Of a DNA stretch of 64,000 nucleotides, positions 1-8,815 are shown piece after piece (positions within the stretch are counted from its first letter, which is position 1; every line of letters starts with the position of its first letter). Position numbers and translations under genes: made by a program. The notes below the pieces were generated by a model that worked only from the letters and a program-made list of their open reading frames with translations, was not told the origin of the DNA and ran no database searches. The stretch lies in contig JANQHE010000056.1 of assembly GCA_028282785.1 (NCBI GenBank), forward strand, positions 23,012 to 87,011, given 5' to 3'. The DNA is from Bacteroidales bacterium. Its GTDB lineage: Bacteria; Bacteroidota; Bacteroidia; Bacteroidales; UBA12077.

Positions 1-158
1 ATTTCGCCAAAATATATGGTATCGCAATTAACTGGAAAAGCACCTTGTATGCTTAAATCAATTGTTGGCTTTTCCTGGTCTATTTCTTTATCTTTTTCGC
101 ACGAACTCAAAAATATTAACAACATAAAGGAAAAGATAATAATTTTAAAAATTTTCAT
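1..158 (-). CDS. Lipoprotein, N-terminal fragment (gene continues past window start); paralog-like to the 213-1061 lipoprotein
   Basis: Reverse complement of 1-158 reads MKIFKIIIFSFMLLIFLSSCEKDKEIDQEKPTIDLSIQGAFPVNCDTIYFGE. This is a signal peptide with a lipobox Cys, then a KPxI(D/N)L start like the neighbouring lipoprotein. It has no stop inside the window, so the ORF track missed it. Confidence 0.5.
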   Translation of the reverse strand, partial: MKIFKIIIFSFMLLIFLSSCEKDKEIDQEKPTIDLSIQGAFPVNCDTIYFGE

Positions 159-212
159 GTCTAAAAAATTAAGAGCAAGCTATGTAAGTCACTTGTCTGA
201 AATATCTTATAA

Positions 213-1061
213 TCAATAATTTATCTGAATAGGATAATGGTTTGAAAAAGTCCAATTTCCTCCAAATGCATCTTTACACTTTACTATAATGTAGTAATTA
301 GCAGATTGCCAGGCAATATCTCCGGTTATATCTTTTGGTGTAATATCGTTGTCTTGCGCTGCTCCTACAGTTATACTTACTGAAAAAACATGAGAAGTAG
401 GACTATCAAATTCATGGGTATGCAAAATAGTAATTGTGTTAGTGGCATTAACTTCTGTATCAGTTAAATTCTGGCTTTCGCGTACTAAACCAATATATAC
501 ACCACCCAATGCTTGATCATCACTTACAGAGCCAGAAATACTGATAGTTTCATTATTATTAAATACCTGGTTGATTGTTGGTGCAGAAGAAATACTAATT
601 TCTGGGGCAACCGCATCATCAGGATGTTTTATTTTAAGTTCCTCTTCAACAACAGATTGTTGTCCTTCCATATCGGTAACGATAAAATGGAAATGATAAT
701 GCCCGGTATCCGCATCCGCAGGTATATCAATGTGTTTATGAAAGTTTGTGTTTTTCAAACCGGAAAATTCAGTAAACGAGGTGTCAACTTCCCATTCATC
801 CTCATGTAAGTCTATTGAGGCACTTTTTTCATGTTCGCTTTCCGGATGAATTTCAATCGTAACAATGTCAATCGTTCCTTCGGCAACAATGTCGGCTTCA
901 ATATGTATATCAGTGCCTGAATATCCGATTTTGCTGTTTTCATAGCCCAACTCAGTAAGGTTAATTACCGGTTTTTGATTATCTTCATCTTCTTCACATG
1001 ATAATAAAATTAATCCGGTTATAAATGCAAAAGCTATTGATAATAAGGTTTTTGTTTTCAT
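213..1061 (-). CDS. His-rich surface lipoprotein, two beta-sandwich-like halves (DUF4625-like from memory), TonB-receptor associated
   Basis: The MKTKTLLSIAFAFITGLILLSCEED lipoprotein signal starts at the ATG at 1061; the ORF-track start at 1088 adds 9 aa upstream. His clusters include IEIHPESEHE and TGHYHFHF. The gene lies 34 nt downstream of the TonB-dependent receptor on the same strand. Confidence 0.6.
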   Translation of the reverse strand: MKTKTLLSIAFAFITGLILLSCEEDEDNQKPVINLTELGYENSKIGYSGTDIHIEADIVAEGTIDIVTIEIHPESEHEKSASIDLHEDEWEVDTSFTEFSGLKNTNFHKHIDIPADADTGHYHFHFIVTDMEGQQSVVEEELKIKHPDDAVAPEISISSAPTINQVFNNNETISISGSVSDDQALGGVYIGLVRESQNLTDTEVNATNTITILHTHEFDSPTSHVFSVSITVGAAQDNDITPKDITGDIAWQSANYYIIVKCKDAFGGNWTFSNHYPIQINY

Positions 1062-1095
1062 ATTATTAATTTTTAGTTTATTATACATTTTATTC

Positions 1096-3504
1096 TTATT
1101 TAATTTTTCCTGAAAAGGGAATTGAAATATTTAGCACAAAGTTTCGTCCCGTTTCAGGTACATTTATCAGCCTGTAATAGCTTGTGTGGCTGAAATATTT
1201 TGTGTTTAATAGATTTTGTACCTGTGCTGAAATGCTCAGGCTTTGCTTTTTAATTCTTATGCTGCCACCCATACTTAAATTTATTACCTGATAACCATCT
1301 GTTATTTCTTCGGGTGGAACTATGTTGGTTTGAGATGTAGTTATCCTGTAATCGATGGATAAATACACATTTTCCAGAAATTTTAGTTGTTGTTTCTGAT
1401 ACTTTACGTTAAAGATAGCTGATGCCGGTGGCGAAAAGGGTAGAGTAAATCCTTTTTTCTCGCCGGAAACCTGCTCTGAGTAAACATATTCACCTATTAC
1501 ACCAAGTTTTATTGATTTTAATAATTGATAATGTGCATGTAATTCACCTCCATACCTGAATACTTCGCTTTGGGTATAATAAAATACCTGGTTTCCATTT
1601 CCATAAAGCCTGTCGTAATCAGAACTTGGATTAAGATAAATATAGTTGGTAAAATAGTTTACAAAAGGTGTAGCACCAATGGCAAACTTTTTTATATGAT
1701 ACTCAAGCCCCAAATCAAACTGATAAGAAATTTCAGGAGATAAATCAGGATCGCCAGCTTCATAACTAAAGTTATGGTAATTTACACCATTTGCAGCCAA
1801 TTCCTTAGCGATAGGCATACGGAAACTTTTTCCAATATTAGCTTTAAAAGAAACTTTTTCCCGGTTGTAATTATACCCAACCGACCAGGAAATATTATTA
1901 AAGCTCTTTTCTAACTGCCCTGCTCTTTGCAAGTATTCATATGTAGTATCATTGTTATTTACAACCGGTGATTGAAACCAATCGAAATATCTTTCAGTTT
2001 TTATTTTACTGTAATCGTATCGTACTCCTAACTGTAACATATTAATATCGTCGAACTCATATTTTGCCAATAAAAAAACACCCGTATTCAATTGTTTAAA
2101 TGCAGGTATTATGAAACCGCGCCCGTTGATATCATTATCCTGATAACCAGCGTTTATGCCAACTGTGAAGGTAGTTTTTTCATTAAAAGAATACCTGGTT
2201 AAAAGGTTCCCGGTATAAATATATTTATCGAACCGGCGTTCAAGATCTGCATTAAAACTCAGGTTGTCAGGAAAAACCGGAGGCATATACCCATGGCTCA
2301 CATATTTGCTCCATTCCTGCCTGAAATTTCTCTGAAATCCCAAATCAAGCTCTAATTTAAATTTACCTTTTTTCCATTGGCTTTGATTAACTATTTTAAA
2401 ATGATTAACCTCCTGGAAAGGAAAGAGAATATCCCTACTTGATTTATCATGAACATCTGTATCTACATTTCGAGGTTCTAAACCATGCGCATTGGCAAAA
2501 AAACCACTTTTACCAAATACATTGCTTATAAAAAATTTACTTTGAAATTCAGGTTGTATAATTCCAATTGTAAAGTGCAGGTTCTTTTCTTCACCTGCTG
2601 TATTGCGCAATTGATTATTGTGTAGTGCGGCTTTGTATGAGTAAATATCAATACTATCAGTAGGTATTTTATAGTCGCCATAATCGAGCAATGTCGCACG
2701 TACATCAACAAACAACCAATTTTTCCTGCCATACACGGAAAATGAAGTTCCAATTAAATCATTGTTGGTTTTTCCAATTAAATCAATGGTTCCACCTACT
2801 GAATTATGAATTGGTATGGAATTTTGTTTAACATTTATTACACCTCCCAGGGCATCAGATCCATGTATTAACGATGAAGGACCTTTTATCACTTCAAGCT
2901 TATCGACTGCAAACTGGTCTATTTCCAGCCCGTGGTCGGCTCCCCATTGTTGCCCTTCATGTTTAATCCCGTTTTCCACTACAACAATACGATTAAATCC
3001 AAGTCCTCTGATAACAGGCTTTGATTGTCCTGAACCAATATCAATTGTACTAACTCCCGGAAGCCTTTCTATTGTTTTCATAAGGCTTCCGCCAAGATTT
3101 TGCTGAAGATATTCTTTATTGGCAATTTCTATATTAAGTGATTCTTCTTTTTTACGTGTTTCAGCATAATTATCAGTAATAACAACTTCTTGTAAATCCA
3201 ATGGTGAATAAAGCAATTTGATATTATATATTTTATTACCATTAATTCTAACTGTATCAATAAGTGTTTTGTATCCTATATAAGAAACCTTTATTTCATA
3301 TATACCTGGAACTATATTACTAATCATATATTTACCTTCCGCATTAGCAACAGTTCCTTTCCCTGTACTTAATTGAACAGAAGCTCCGGGTAGGACCTCG
3401 TTATTTTCATCAAGAATTGATCCTGATAAAACATACTTATCCTGGCTAAATCCTGATATAAATAATACATGTGCAAATAAGAAAAGCACAACAAATTTGC
3501 TCAT
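1096..3504 (-). CDS. TonB-dependent receptor with CarboxypepD_reg-like N-terminal domain and plug
   Basis: Signal peptide, then a YVLSGSILDENNEVLPGASV...GIYEIKVSYIGYKT (CarbopepD_reg-like) domain, a plug region (IERLPGVS, VIRGLGFNRIVVVENG), a long beta-barrel and a C-terminal aromatic-rich strand. Confidence 0.9.
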   Translation of the reverse strand: MSKFVVLFLFAHVLFISGFSQDKYVLSGSILDENNEVLPGASVQLSTGKGTVANAEGKYMISNIVPGIYEIKVSYIGYKTLIDTVRINGNKIYNIKLLYSPLDLQEVVITDNYAETRKKEESLNIEIANKEYLQQNLGGSLMKTIERLPGVSTIDIGSGQSKPVIRGLGFNRIVVVENGIKHEGQQWGADHGLEIDQFAVDKLEVIKGPSSLIHGSDALGGVINVKQNSIPIHNSVGGTIDLIGKTNNDLIGTSFSVYGRKNWLFVDVRATLLDYGDYKIPTDSIDIYSYKAALHNNQLRNTAGEEKNLHFTIGIIQPEFQSKFFISNVFGKSGFFANAHGLEPRNVDTDVHDKSSRDILFPFQEVNHFKIVNQSQWKKGKFKLELDLGFQRNFRQEWSKYVSHGYMPPVFPDNLSFNADLERRFDKYIYTGNLLTRYSFNEKTTFTVGINAGYQDNDINGRGFIIPAFKQLNTGVFLLAKYEFDDINMLQLGVRYDYSKIKTERYFDWFQSPVVNNNDTTYEYLQRAGQLEKSFNNISWSVGYNYNREKVSFKANIGKSFRMPIAKELAANGVNYHNFSYEAGDPDLSPEISYQFDLGLEYHIKKFAIGATPFVNYFTNYIYLNPSSDYDRLYGNGNQVFYYTQSEVFRYGGELHAHYQLLKSIKLGVIGEYVYSEQVSGEKKGFTLPFSPPASAIFNVKYQKQQLKFLENVYLSIDYRITTSQTNIVPPEEITDGYQVINLSMGGSIRIKKQSLSISAQVQNLLNTKYFSHTSYYRLINVPETGRNFVLNISIPFSGKIK

Positions 3505-3552
3505 ATTTAATAAATTGAGTTTGAAAAATCACTTAATAAGACCTTAGAAAGG

Positions 3553-3945
3553 TTATGTCCTATAAATTGGAGGTGCCCGCGGTGGATCTTTAGAAGCAAC
3601 AGATGGAATAAATTGTGTTATTACAATTTCATTATAACTTATATTTAATTTCCGGACTAAATATTCAAAAGTCGAAATAACCAGAAGATTATTAATGGAT
3701 AATTGATACTCACAAATTGGGCAGTGATCTGCTTTTTCGGTTATTGTATATAATCCGGTTACCTTTTCTTTATAAGTTACCTTAGTATTATGCGAATGCG
3801 AAGAACAAGAATGCTTACAGCCGGTATGATCATGTAGTGAGTAATTATAGGAATGGTGCCGGGTTGAGTGTATGGGTTGGTATACAATAGGGAATAAGAA
3901 TAATCCTAATGAAAAGGCGGCTATATGTATATTTTTTTTTATCAA
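3553..3945 (-). CDS. Small His/Cys-rich membrane protein, unknown function
   Basis: N-terminal TM helix (IAAFSLGLFLFPIVY), then HSTRHHSYNYSLHDHTGCKHSCSSHSHNT and HCPICEY. Its start overlaps the Fur-family stop (3942-3945), which suggests translational coupling. Confidence 0.55.
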   Translation of the reverse strand: MIKKNIHIAAFSLGLFLFPIVYQPIHSTRHHSYNYSLHDHTGCKHSCSSHSHNTKVTYKEKVTGLYTITEKADHCPICEYQLSINNLLVISTFEYLVRKLNISYNEIVITQFIPSVASKDPPRAPPIYRT

Positions 3946-4358
3946 TCTTTACTAGAATTATCTTTACAAGATTTACAAAATCCTTTAATTATATATTCTG
4001 TTTCAGATTCGCTATAACCATCGGGTAACTTAGGTTTTTCAATTAAAACTGAATCTAAACATTGAATTAAATTACATTCTTTACAATAAAAATGTGCATG
4101 TTCCTTTTTTTGCGTAATCGAGTTATCGGGTGTATATTTTACCAGTTGATTATCTATAACAATTTTGTGAATAATTTTGTTTTCTTCAAGTGTTTTAAAT
4201 GATCGATAAAATGTAGTTCTATCGTAATTTCCTTCTAGTTTTTCTCGTATTTCAATTTCTGAAAGAGCATTTTTAGAGTTCATAATAACTTCAATTATTC
4301 CTTCTCGACAGCTAGTTCTCTTTAGATTACGGCTTAATAAAATATCAACAGGTTTCAT
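3942..4358 (-). CDS. Fur-family metalloregulator (Fur/Zur/PerR class; metal specificity not determinable)
   Basis: Winged-helix N-terminus (TSCREGIIEVI...TFYRSFKTLEE), HAH motif and two CxxC pairs (CKECN, CKSCK), typical of the structural Zn site of Fur-family proteins. Confidence 0.8.
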   Translation of the reverse strand: MKPVDILLSRNLKRTSCREGIIEVIMNSKNALSEIEIREKLEGNYDRTTFYRSFKTLEENKIIHKIVIDNQLVKYTPDNSITQKKEHAHFYCKECNLIQCLDSVLIEKPKLPDGYSESETEYIIKGFCKSCKDNSSKD

Positions 4359-4363
4359 AAATA

Positions 4364-4395
4364 CAAATATATTTCAAATGCAACAATGTTGCAAA
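4364..4395 (-). promoter_or_regulatory. Bacteroidota-type promoter (-33 TTTG / -7 TATATTTG) for the Fur-led operon
   Basis: The minus strand reads ...aTTTGcaacattgttgcatttgaaaTATATTTGtatttATG. A 20-nt spacer separates TTTG from the TAnnTTTG match. The -7 box ends 5 nt before the ATG, implying a very short leader or none. Confidence 0.45.
4379..4393. promoter_or_regulatory. Perfect 7-1-7 inverted repeat TGCAACA-A-TGTTGCA, candidate Fur-family operator
   Basis: Read directly: 4379-4385 TGCAACA, 4386 A, 4387-4393 TGTTGCA, the exact reverse complement. It lies 21-35 nt upstream of the Fur-family ATG. Confidence 0.55.
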
Positions 4396-4461
4396 TAAAA
4401 AAATGATTAAAGGGTAGAACTTTGATTTTTCCACCCTTGTTCCTCCTCAAAGAGGATAGTT

Positions 4462-4887
4462 TTATTTTGTTGTTTCTCCGCCCATTTCAGTAAACACGCG
4501 GTCAACAGGTTCCCAAAGTTCTATTTTGGTTCCTTCAGGACCCATGATGTGTACAAACTTTCCGTATTCATACGCTTCAATTTTATCAACAATAGTTACC
4601 CCGTTTTCTTTTAGTTTTTCAACTAATTCTTCAATGTTCTGTACACGATAGTTGATCATAAACTCTCTTTCCGATGGTTTAAAATAATCACTGTTTTCTT
4701 CAAATGGGCTCCATTGTAAATAGTTGATCTCATCAGGGCGGTGTGCATTTCTGAACTCAAAACTTGAGCCATATTCATTAACAGCCAATCCCAGATTTTT
4801 GCTGTACCATTCTTTTAGTTCGCCTGGGTTTTTAGAGAAAAAGAATATTCCTCCAATTCCGGTTACTTTTGGTGTTGAGTTATCCAT
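4462..4887 (-). CDS. VOC (glyoxalase/bleomycin-resistance fold) family protein
   Basis: 141 aa; GIGGIFFFSKNPGELKEWYSKNLGL and KIELWEP resemble paired beta-alpha-beta-beta-beta VOC modules. Confidence 0.6.
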   Translation of the reverse strand: MDNSTPKVTGIGGIFFFSKNPGELKEWYSKNLGLAVNEYGSSFEFRNAHRPDEINYLQWSPFEENSDYFKPSEREFMINYRVQNIEELVEKLKENGVTIVDKIEAYEYGKFVHIMGPEGTKIELWEPVDRVFTEMGGETTK

Positions 4888-4906
4888 AATATTAATTTTT
4901 ATAATG

Positions 4907-5419
4907 TTAACTTTTTCTTTTTAAAATTGTGGCACTTAAAAGTGCAATTATAATTCCAATAGGTAAGATCTCAAGATAAGTTACTCCGGCCATGATTACA
5001 GGATTTTTATATAATTCCTGAAAATCTTTCATTTCTTGTATTTTTAATTCGATTTCTTCTTTGGAAAGATCTGACTTTTCAAGCTGCTCAATAGAATAAT
5101 TGTGGTAATCTTCCATAAAGCTTTTTCCTGTTGTATTAATAATAATAAACCACGAAGCAACATACATGGTTGAAGCGATTAAACTAATATAAAGCCCCAT
5201 TTTAAAAGCCTTGCCAAACTTAATAATTCCGTTTAAGTGTTTATCGCGATATGTTTTTATTCCGAAAAATATAGTTGAAAGTGCAATGATCATGGTTAAG
5301 TAGCCAACCACTTTTCCTCTTTCAAACTCAACAGTTCCATCGATAAAACTTATAAATAACATGGCAGAAACAATAATACCGGCAATAATCCCTAAGGTTA
5401 AAACAATTCTTTTCATCAT
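4907..5419 (-). CDS. Multi-pass membrane protein (DUF4199-like)
   Basis: Four predicted TM helices with a charged loop (SDLSKEEIELKIQEMKDFQELYKNP). The size and layout are as I recall for the Bacteroidota DUF4199 family. Confidence 0.5.
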   Translation of the reverse strand: MMKRIVLTLGIIAGIIVSAMLFISFIDGTVEFERGKVVGYLTMIIALSTIFFGIKTYRDKHLNGIIKFGKAFKMGLYISLIASTMYVASWFIIINTTGKSFMEDYHNYSIEQLEKSDLSKEEIELKIQEMKDFQELYKNPVIMAGVTYLEILPIGIIIALLSATILKRKS

Positions 5420-5522
5420 AGATTTATTTTGGTTAGACCCAACAAATCAACAAAAAAATATGGGGTAAAGGTTCATACTAAAGTACTATTTTGTAAAAAA
5501 CATACGAAAGTATTAGATAAAA

Positions 5523-5987
5523 TTAATTGATTATTTTCAGCTCTTTAGCTTTGTGTATTGCTTGTGTCCTGCGTTGTACATTTAATTTTGAAAACAGGTT
5601 TGATAAGTGTGTTTTTACCGTAGGGATCGAAATGAATAATTTATCGGCAATTTCCTGGTTCGAGAACCCTTTTGAAATAAGGTCCAGCAATTCATATTCT
5701 CTCTTACTAATATTTAATTCTTTTATCTTAGTTTGGTTTATTTCTATATTAGGGCTTACCTCAGGATTTTTTTTACGGTTAATTAGTTTAAGTCCAACCC
5801 AAATCCCTAACAATGTAAATAAGCTGGCTATAACAGCTATGTAAACTTCCATCCGCAATTGGCGGACTATGTAACGGTACTCAATATACTTCAAAATAAA
5901 AACCAAAGCAGCCAATATAATTCCATATAGAATAACATTTAGAAGAAAACTGTTATGGTTAATTTTCTTTTTGGGTTTGGATTTCAT
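5523..5987 (-). CDS. Membrane-anchored LuxR-family (GerE-type HTH) transcriptional regulator
   Basis: Two N-terminal TM helices, then [45 protein letters not shown], a canonical LuxR C-terminal HTH. Confidence 0.75.
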   Translation of the reverse strand: MKSKPKKKINHNSFLLNVILYGIILAALVFILKYIEYRYIVRQLRMEVYIAVIASLFTLLGIWVGLKLINRKKNPEVSPNIEINQTKIKELNISKREYELLDLISKGFSNQEIADKLFISIPTVKTHLSNLFSKLNVQRRTQAIHKAKELKIIN

Positions 5988-6325
5988 AATACGTAAATCA
6001 ATTTTACAAAAGAACTATAAACTTATGATAAGTTTTTCATTTTTCTTTGATTCAATAGTATTTTTAAGTTAACTAAAAAAGTTAAGGCATAGAATTGAAA
6101 ATACGCAAACTATAAAAAGTTCCTGCCCACGATTGCAATATGACAAAGTTGTACGAAAACCAATATTATACCAGCGAAGGTGAATTAATTCGATGGATCA
6201 ATCCTGATAAAGAATTTGTTGATTCAAATTCAAAAGAACTTAAGAAAAGGAAACTATTCATTGAATAAAATAAGTGGCTGTTTAAAGAAATTAAATCTCT
6301 CAAACAATAATAAGTTCAGATAACA

Positions 6326-6514
6326 TTAATGATATACGTATCCGCAATCATGACAGATATCTTTAACATTAGTTATGGTAATGTTTGTTCCATTGCAATT
6401 AACACACCTGTGATTAGGATATAAATTATAGTTTATTTCAAGATCCGAGTGATCTCTTCCATCAGAATATCTGATATTCTTTATGGACTTTGTTAAAATA
6501 ATTTCTTGTATCAT
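6326..6514 (-). CDS. Possible small zinc-ribbon protein
   Basis: 62 aa with CVNC...CHDC (two CxxC pairs), 57 nt downstream of the agmatine-deiminase-family gene on the same strand. There is no other support. Confidence 0.3.
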   Translation of the reverse strand: MIQEIILTKSIKNIRYSDGRDHSDLEINYNLYPNHRCVNCNGTNITITNVKDICHDCGYVYH

Positions 6515-6571
6515 AGTTACACGTTTAGTAGAAAGGAGTTATTGCTTTGAGATAGCTACTCATGAATTATG

Positions 6572-7603
6572 TTATAGAATTACGGGTTGATCGTTTGTTA
6601 CGCAATGAATTCCGCCACCATTTTTAGCTATTTCTGAACCGTCAACCATATAAATATCCCGATCAGGAAAATAGGTTTCAAGTAAGGTTTTCAAGGTTTC
6701 ATTATTTTCTTCATCGCCCATAGCTACTACAAAACCGTTACCAACTAACCAATTAGGATCTCCAGGATACATAATAACTTCCAGCCCCTCATCTCTGCAC
6801 ACCCGGGCCAGGTTATTTTCAAGATCAGAGTCATAATCTGCAATAAACACAGTGTTTTCATTGACAAATCGGGCTGTTCCGTCAATGTGGCCTACTGTTC
6901 CATCGTCATTCCAATATCCGTATGCCCATATTATTTTGGTTACGCCCAAAGCGTTTTTAAGAATTGTTTCCTGGTTTTCTTGAGAAATATGCGGGTTTCT
7001 ATGCTTTTGGCAACTCCAATTAATCAAAAGGGTGCCTGCACCATTTACTTCTATATTACCTTTTTCAAGAATGTAACTTTGTATATCTTGAACTTCAAGG
7101 TTCAAGTAATCAGCTATTTTTGATGGAATTTTGTTATCATTAGCATAGGGGATATCACCACCAAAACTGCTACCCCAACCATCGAATTTCCAGTTTTGAA
7201 TCCAGGTATTTGAACCATCTGTTACATAAACAGGGCCATTGTCACGCAACCAACAATTGTCAATAGAATATATATGCCATATAATATTTTCTTCGGGAAC
7301 ATTGTTCTTTGTTAAGAATTGTATTGCTTCAGCTTTTTCTGCTTCAGTATTTGCAATTAAATGTACCGGCTCATACTGTCTGATAATTTTGATAATTTCT
7401 GCAAAAGCAGGCCGCATCCCGGCATCATATTCATTGGGCCATTGCATCCAGGTGGCTTCACGAGTTTCCCATTCTGCAGGAACTCTTGCATTCGTATTTT
7501 TAGGAATATTATTTAAATCAAAAGGAGTTAAATCTTCCTTTTCACATGCTATTATTACAGTTACCATCATAATGGTGATAAAACTGTATAATATCTTTTT
7601 CAT
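6572..7603 (-). CDS. Agmatine deiminase / porphyromonas-type peptidyl-arginine deiminase family protein, with lipoprotein signal
   Basis: C-terminal GGGIHCVT catalytic-Cys motif, plus WMQWP, WLRDNGP and GHIDG motifs of the guanidino-modifying fold. The N-terminus MKKILYSFITIMMVTVIIACEKE carries a signal peptide and lipobox. Confidence 0.8.
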   Translation of the reverse strand: MKKILYSFITIMMVTVIIACEKEDLTPFDLNNIPKNTNARVPAEWETREATWMQWPNEYDAGMRPAFAEIIKIIRQYEPVHLIANTEAEKAEAIQFLTKNNVPEENIIWHIYSIDNCWLRDNGPVYVTDGSNTWIQNWKFDGWGSSFGGDIPYANDNKIPSKIADYLNLEVQDIQSYILEKGNIEVNGAGTLLINWSCQKHRNPHISQENQETILKNALGVTKIIWAYGYWNDDGTVGHIDGTARFVNENTVFIADYDSDLENNLARVCRDEGLEVIMYPGDPNWLVGNGFVVAMGDEENNETLKTLLETYFPDRDIYMVDGSEIAKNGGGIHCVTNDQPVIL

Positions 7604-7828
7604 GATTTTTTGTTTAAATTCATAATTAGGCTATCAGAAGCTAATGTATGAGGTACGACAATCCTATAAAACTTTTTTCAACCAATTGGCTGATTTTAGG
7701 ATTGATATAATGAATTTTAGGAATGTGGATAAAAATTAATATTTGGTGCCCAAAAAATGGTATTTCAGAGCTAAGCTTTACTTTTGAATGAGAATTACTT
7801 TATTTTTGAGTTGTTGATAAAAATTGTA

Positions 7829-8815
7829 ATGCAAAAGATAAAAGTTATATATCATGTTATATTTTGGGTATTTGTATACTTTTTCGTATTCGATTATATG
7901 ATGGATTATTACGACATCTTCTTAGCACTCTTTTTAACTTTTCTAGAAATTGTAATTTATATTATCATAGCATATGTAAATCTTTATCTTTTAATTCCTA
8001 AGCTTTTGCAGGAAAAGGGAAACATTACATATATTTTAAGTCTTGCTTTATTTTTAGCAATCTTTTACACCTTATATTCATTTACTGATTTGGGATTTTA
8101 TTTAATAGGAGGTTCCGAGTGGAGAAATATAATAACTTTTGCACTAAATTATTTAATGTTTATACTGATCTCATTCTTATTCTGGTATTTTACTTTATAC
8201 CGGGATGAGAAACAAAATCGCTTAGAGTTGCAAAATGAAAAGCTACAAGCGGAGTTGTTATTGTTAAAATCACAGGTTAGTCCTCATTTCTTATTTAATT
8301 CATTAAATAACATTTATTCATTAAGTGTTGTTAAGAATGATAATGCTCCTGTGATGATTGAAAAGCTATCGGATATATTACGATATATCATTTATGAAGG
8401 AAAAAATCAGTTCGTACCACTGGAAAGGGAAATAGAGCTGTTAAATAATTATATAGATTTACAATTACTTAAAAAACTGAAAGCAGAAAAAAATATTAGC
8501 GTATCTGTTAATGGGGTGAGCAGTTTACATAAAATAGTTCCGTTATTATTGATTAATATTATTGAAAATTGCTTTAAGCATAGTGATATAGGATATAATG
8601 CAAATGGTTTTTTAAGGATAAACCTTAAAGTAAATGAAAGTGAAATGAGATTTATAGCTGAAAACTCATTTTTAAAATCCAATAAAAAACAGGGAATAGG
8701 ATTAATGAACCTTGAAAAACAATTACAACATTATTATCCTGATAAACATAAGTTTATTATTGAAGAAATGACCGGGGTTTATAAAGTTGATATGACGATA
8801 GATTTAGCCATATGA
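7829..8815 (+). CDS. LytS/YehU-type sensor histidine kinase
   Basis: Multi-TM N-terminus, coiled coil, SPHFLFNSLNNIYSL (His_kinase H-box) and a HATPase-like C-terminus. The ATG at 7829 is preferred over the TTG at 7784 in the ORF track. Confidence 0.8.
   Translation: MQKIKVIYHVIFWVFVYFFVFDYMMDYYDIFLALFLTFLEIVIYIIIAYVNLYLLIPKLLQEKGNITYILSLALFLAIFYTLYSFTDLGFYLIGGSEWRNIITFALNYLMFILISFLFWYFTLYRDEKQNRLELQNEKLQAELLLLKSQVSPHFLFNSLNNIYSLSVVKNDNAPVMIEKLSDILRYIIYEGKNQFVPLEREIELLNNYIDLQLLKKLKAEKNISVSVNGVSSLHKIVPLLLINIIENCFKHSDIGYNANGFLRINLKVNESEMRFIAENSFLKSNKKQGIGLMNLEKQLQHYYPDKHKFIIEEMTGVYKVDMTIDLAI

Noticed and set aside
16-219. 67-aa plus-strand ORF at the window start
   Set aside because: It is antisense to a much more convincing lipoprotein N-terminus (minus strand, ATG at 158 with signal peptide and lipobox), and its composition is low-complexity.
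4400-4461. Possible terminator hairpins after the VOC gene (AGGGTGG...CTACCCT and CCTC-N-GAGG)
   Set aside because: The stems are short or mismatched and the T-tract is displaced by about 7 nt. This is too weak to call.
6140-6268. 42-aa plus-strand ORF (MTKLYENQYYTSEGELIRWINPDKEF...) in the 338-bp gap
   Set aside because: It is too short to support from sequence alone, with no recognisable motif or obvious promoter. It is kept only as a note for ribosome-profiling or proteomics data.
7784-7828. N-terminal extensions from non-ATG starts in the ORF track (7784 TTG, 17858 TTG, 19841 TTG, 60242 GTG; also the ATG starts at 1088 and 60094)
   Set aside because: In each case a downstream ATG yields a canonical N-terminus (signal peptide, receiver domain or family-typical start), and the extension adds no recognisable sequence.
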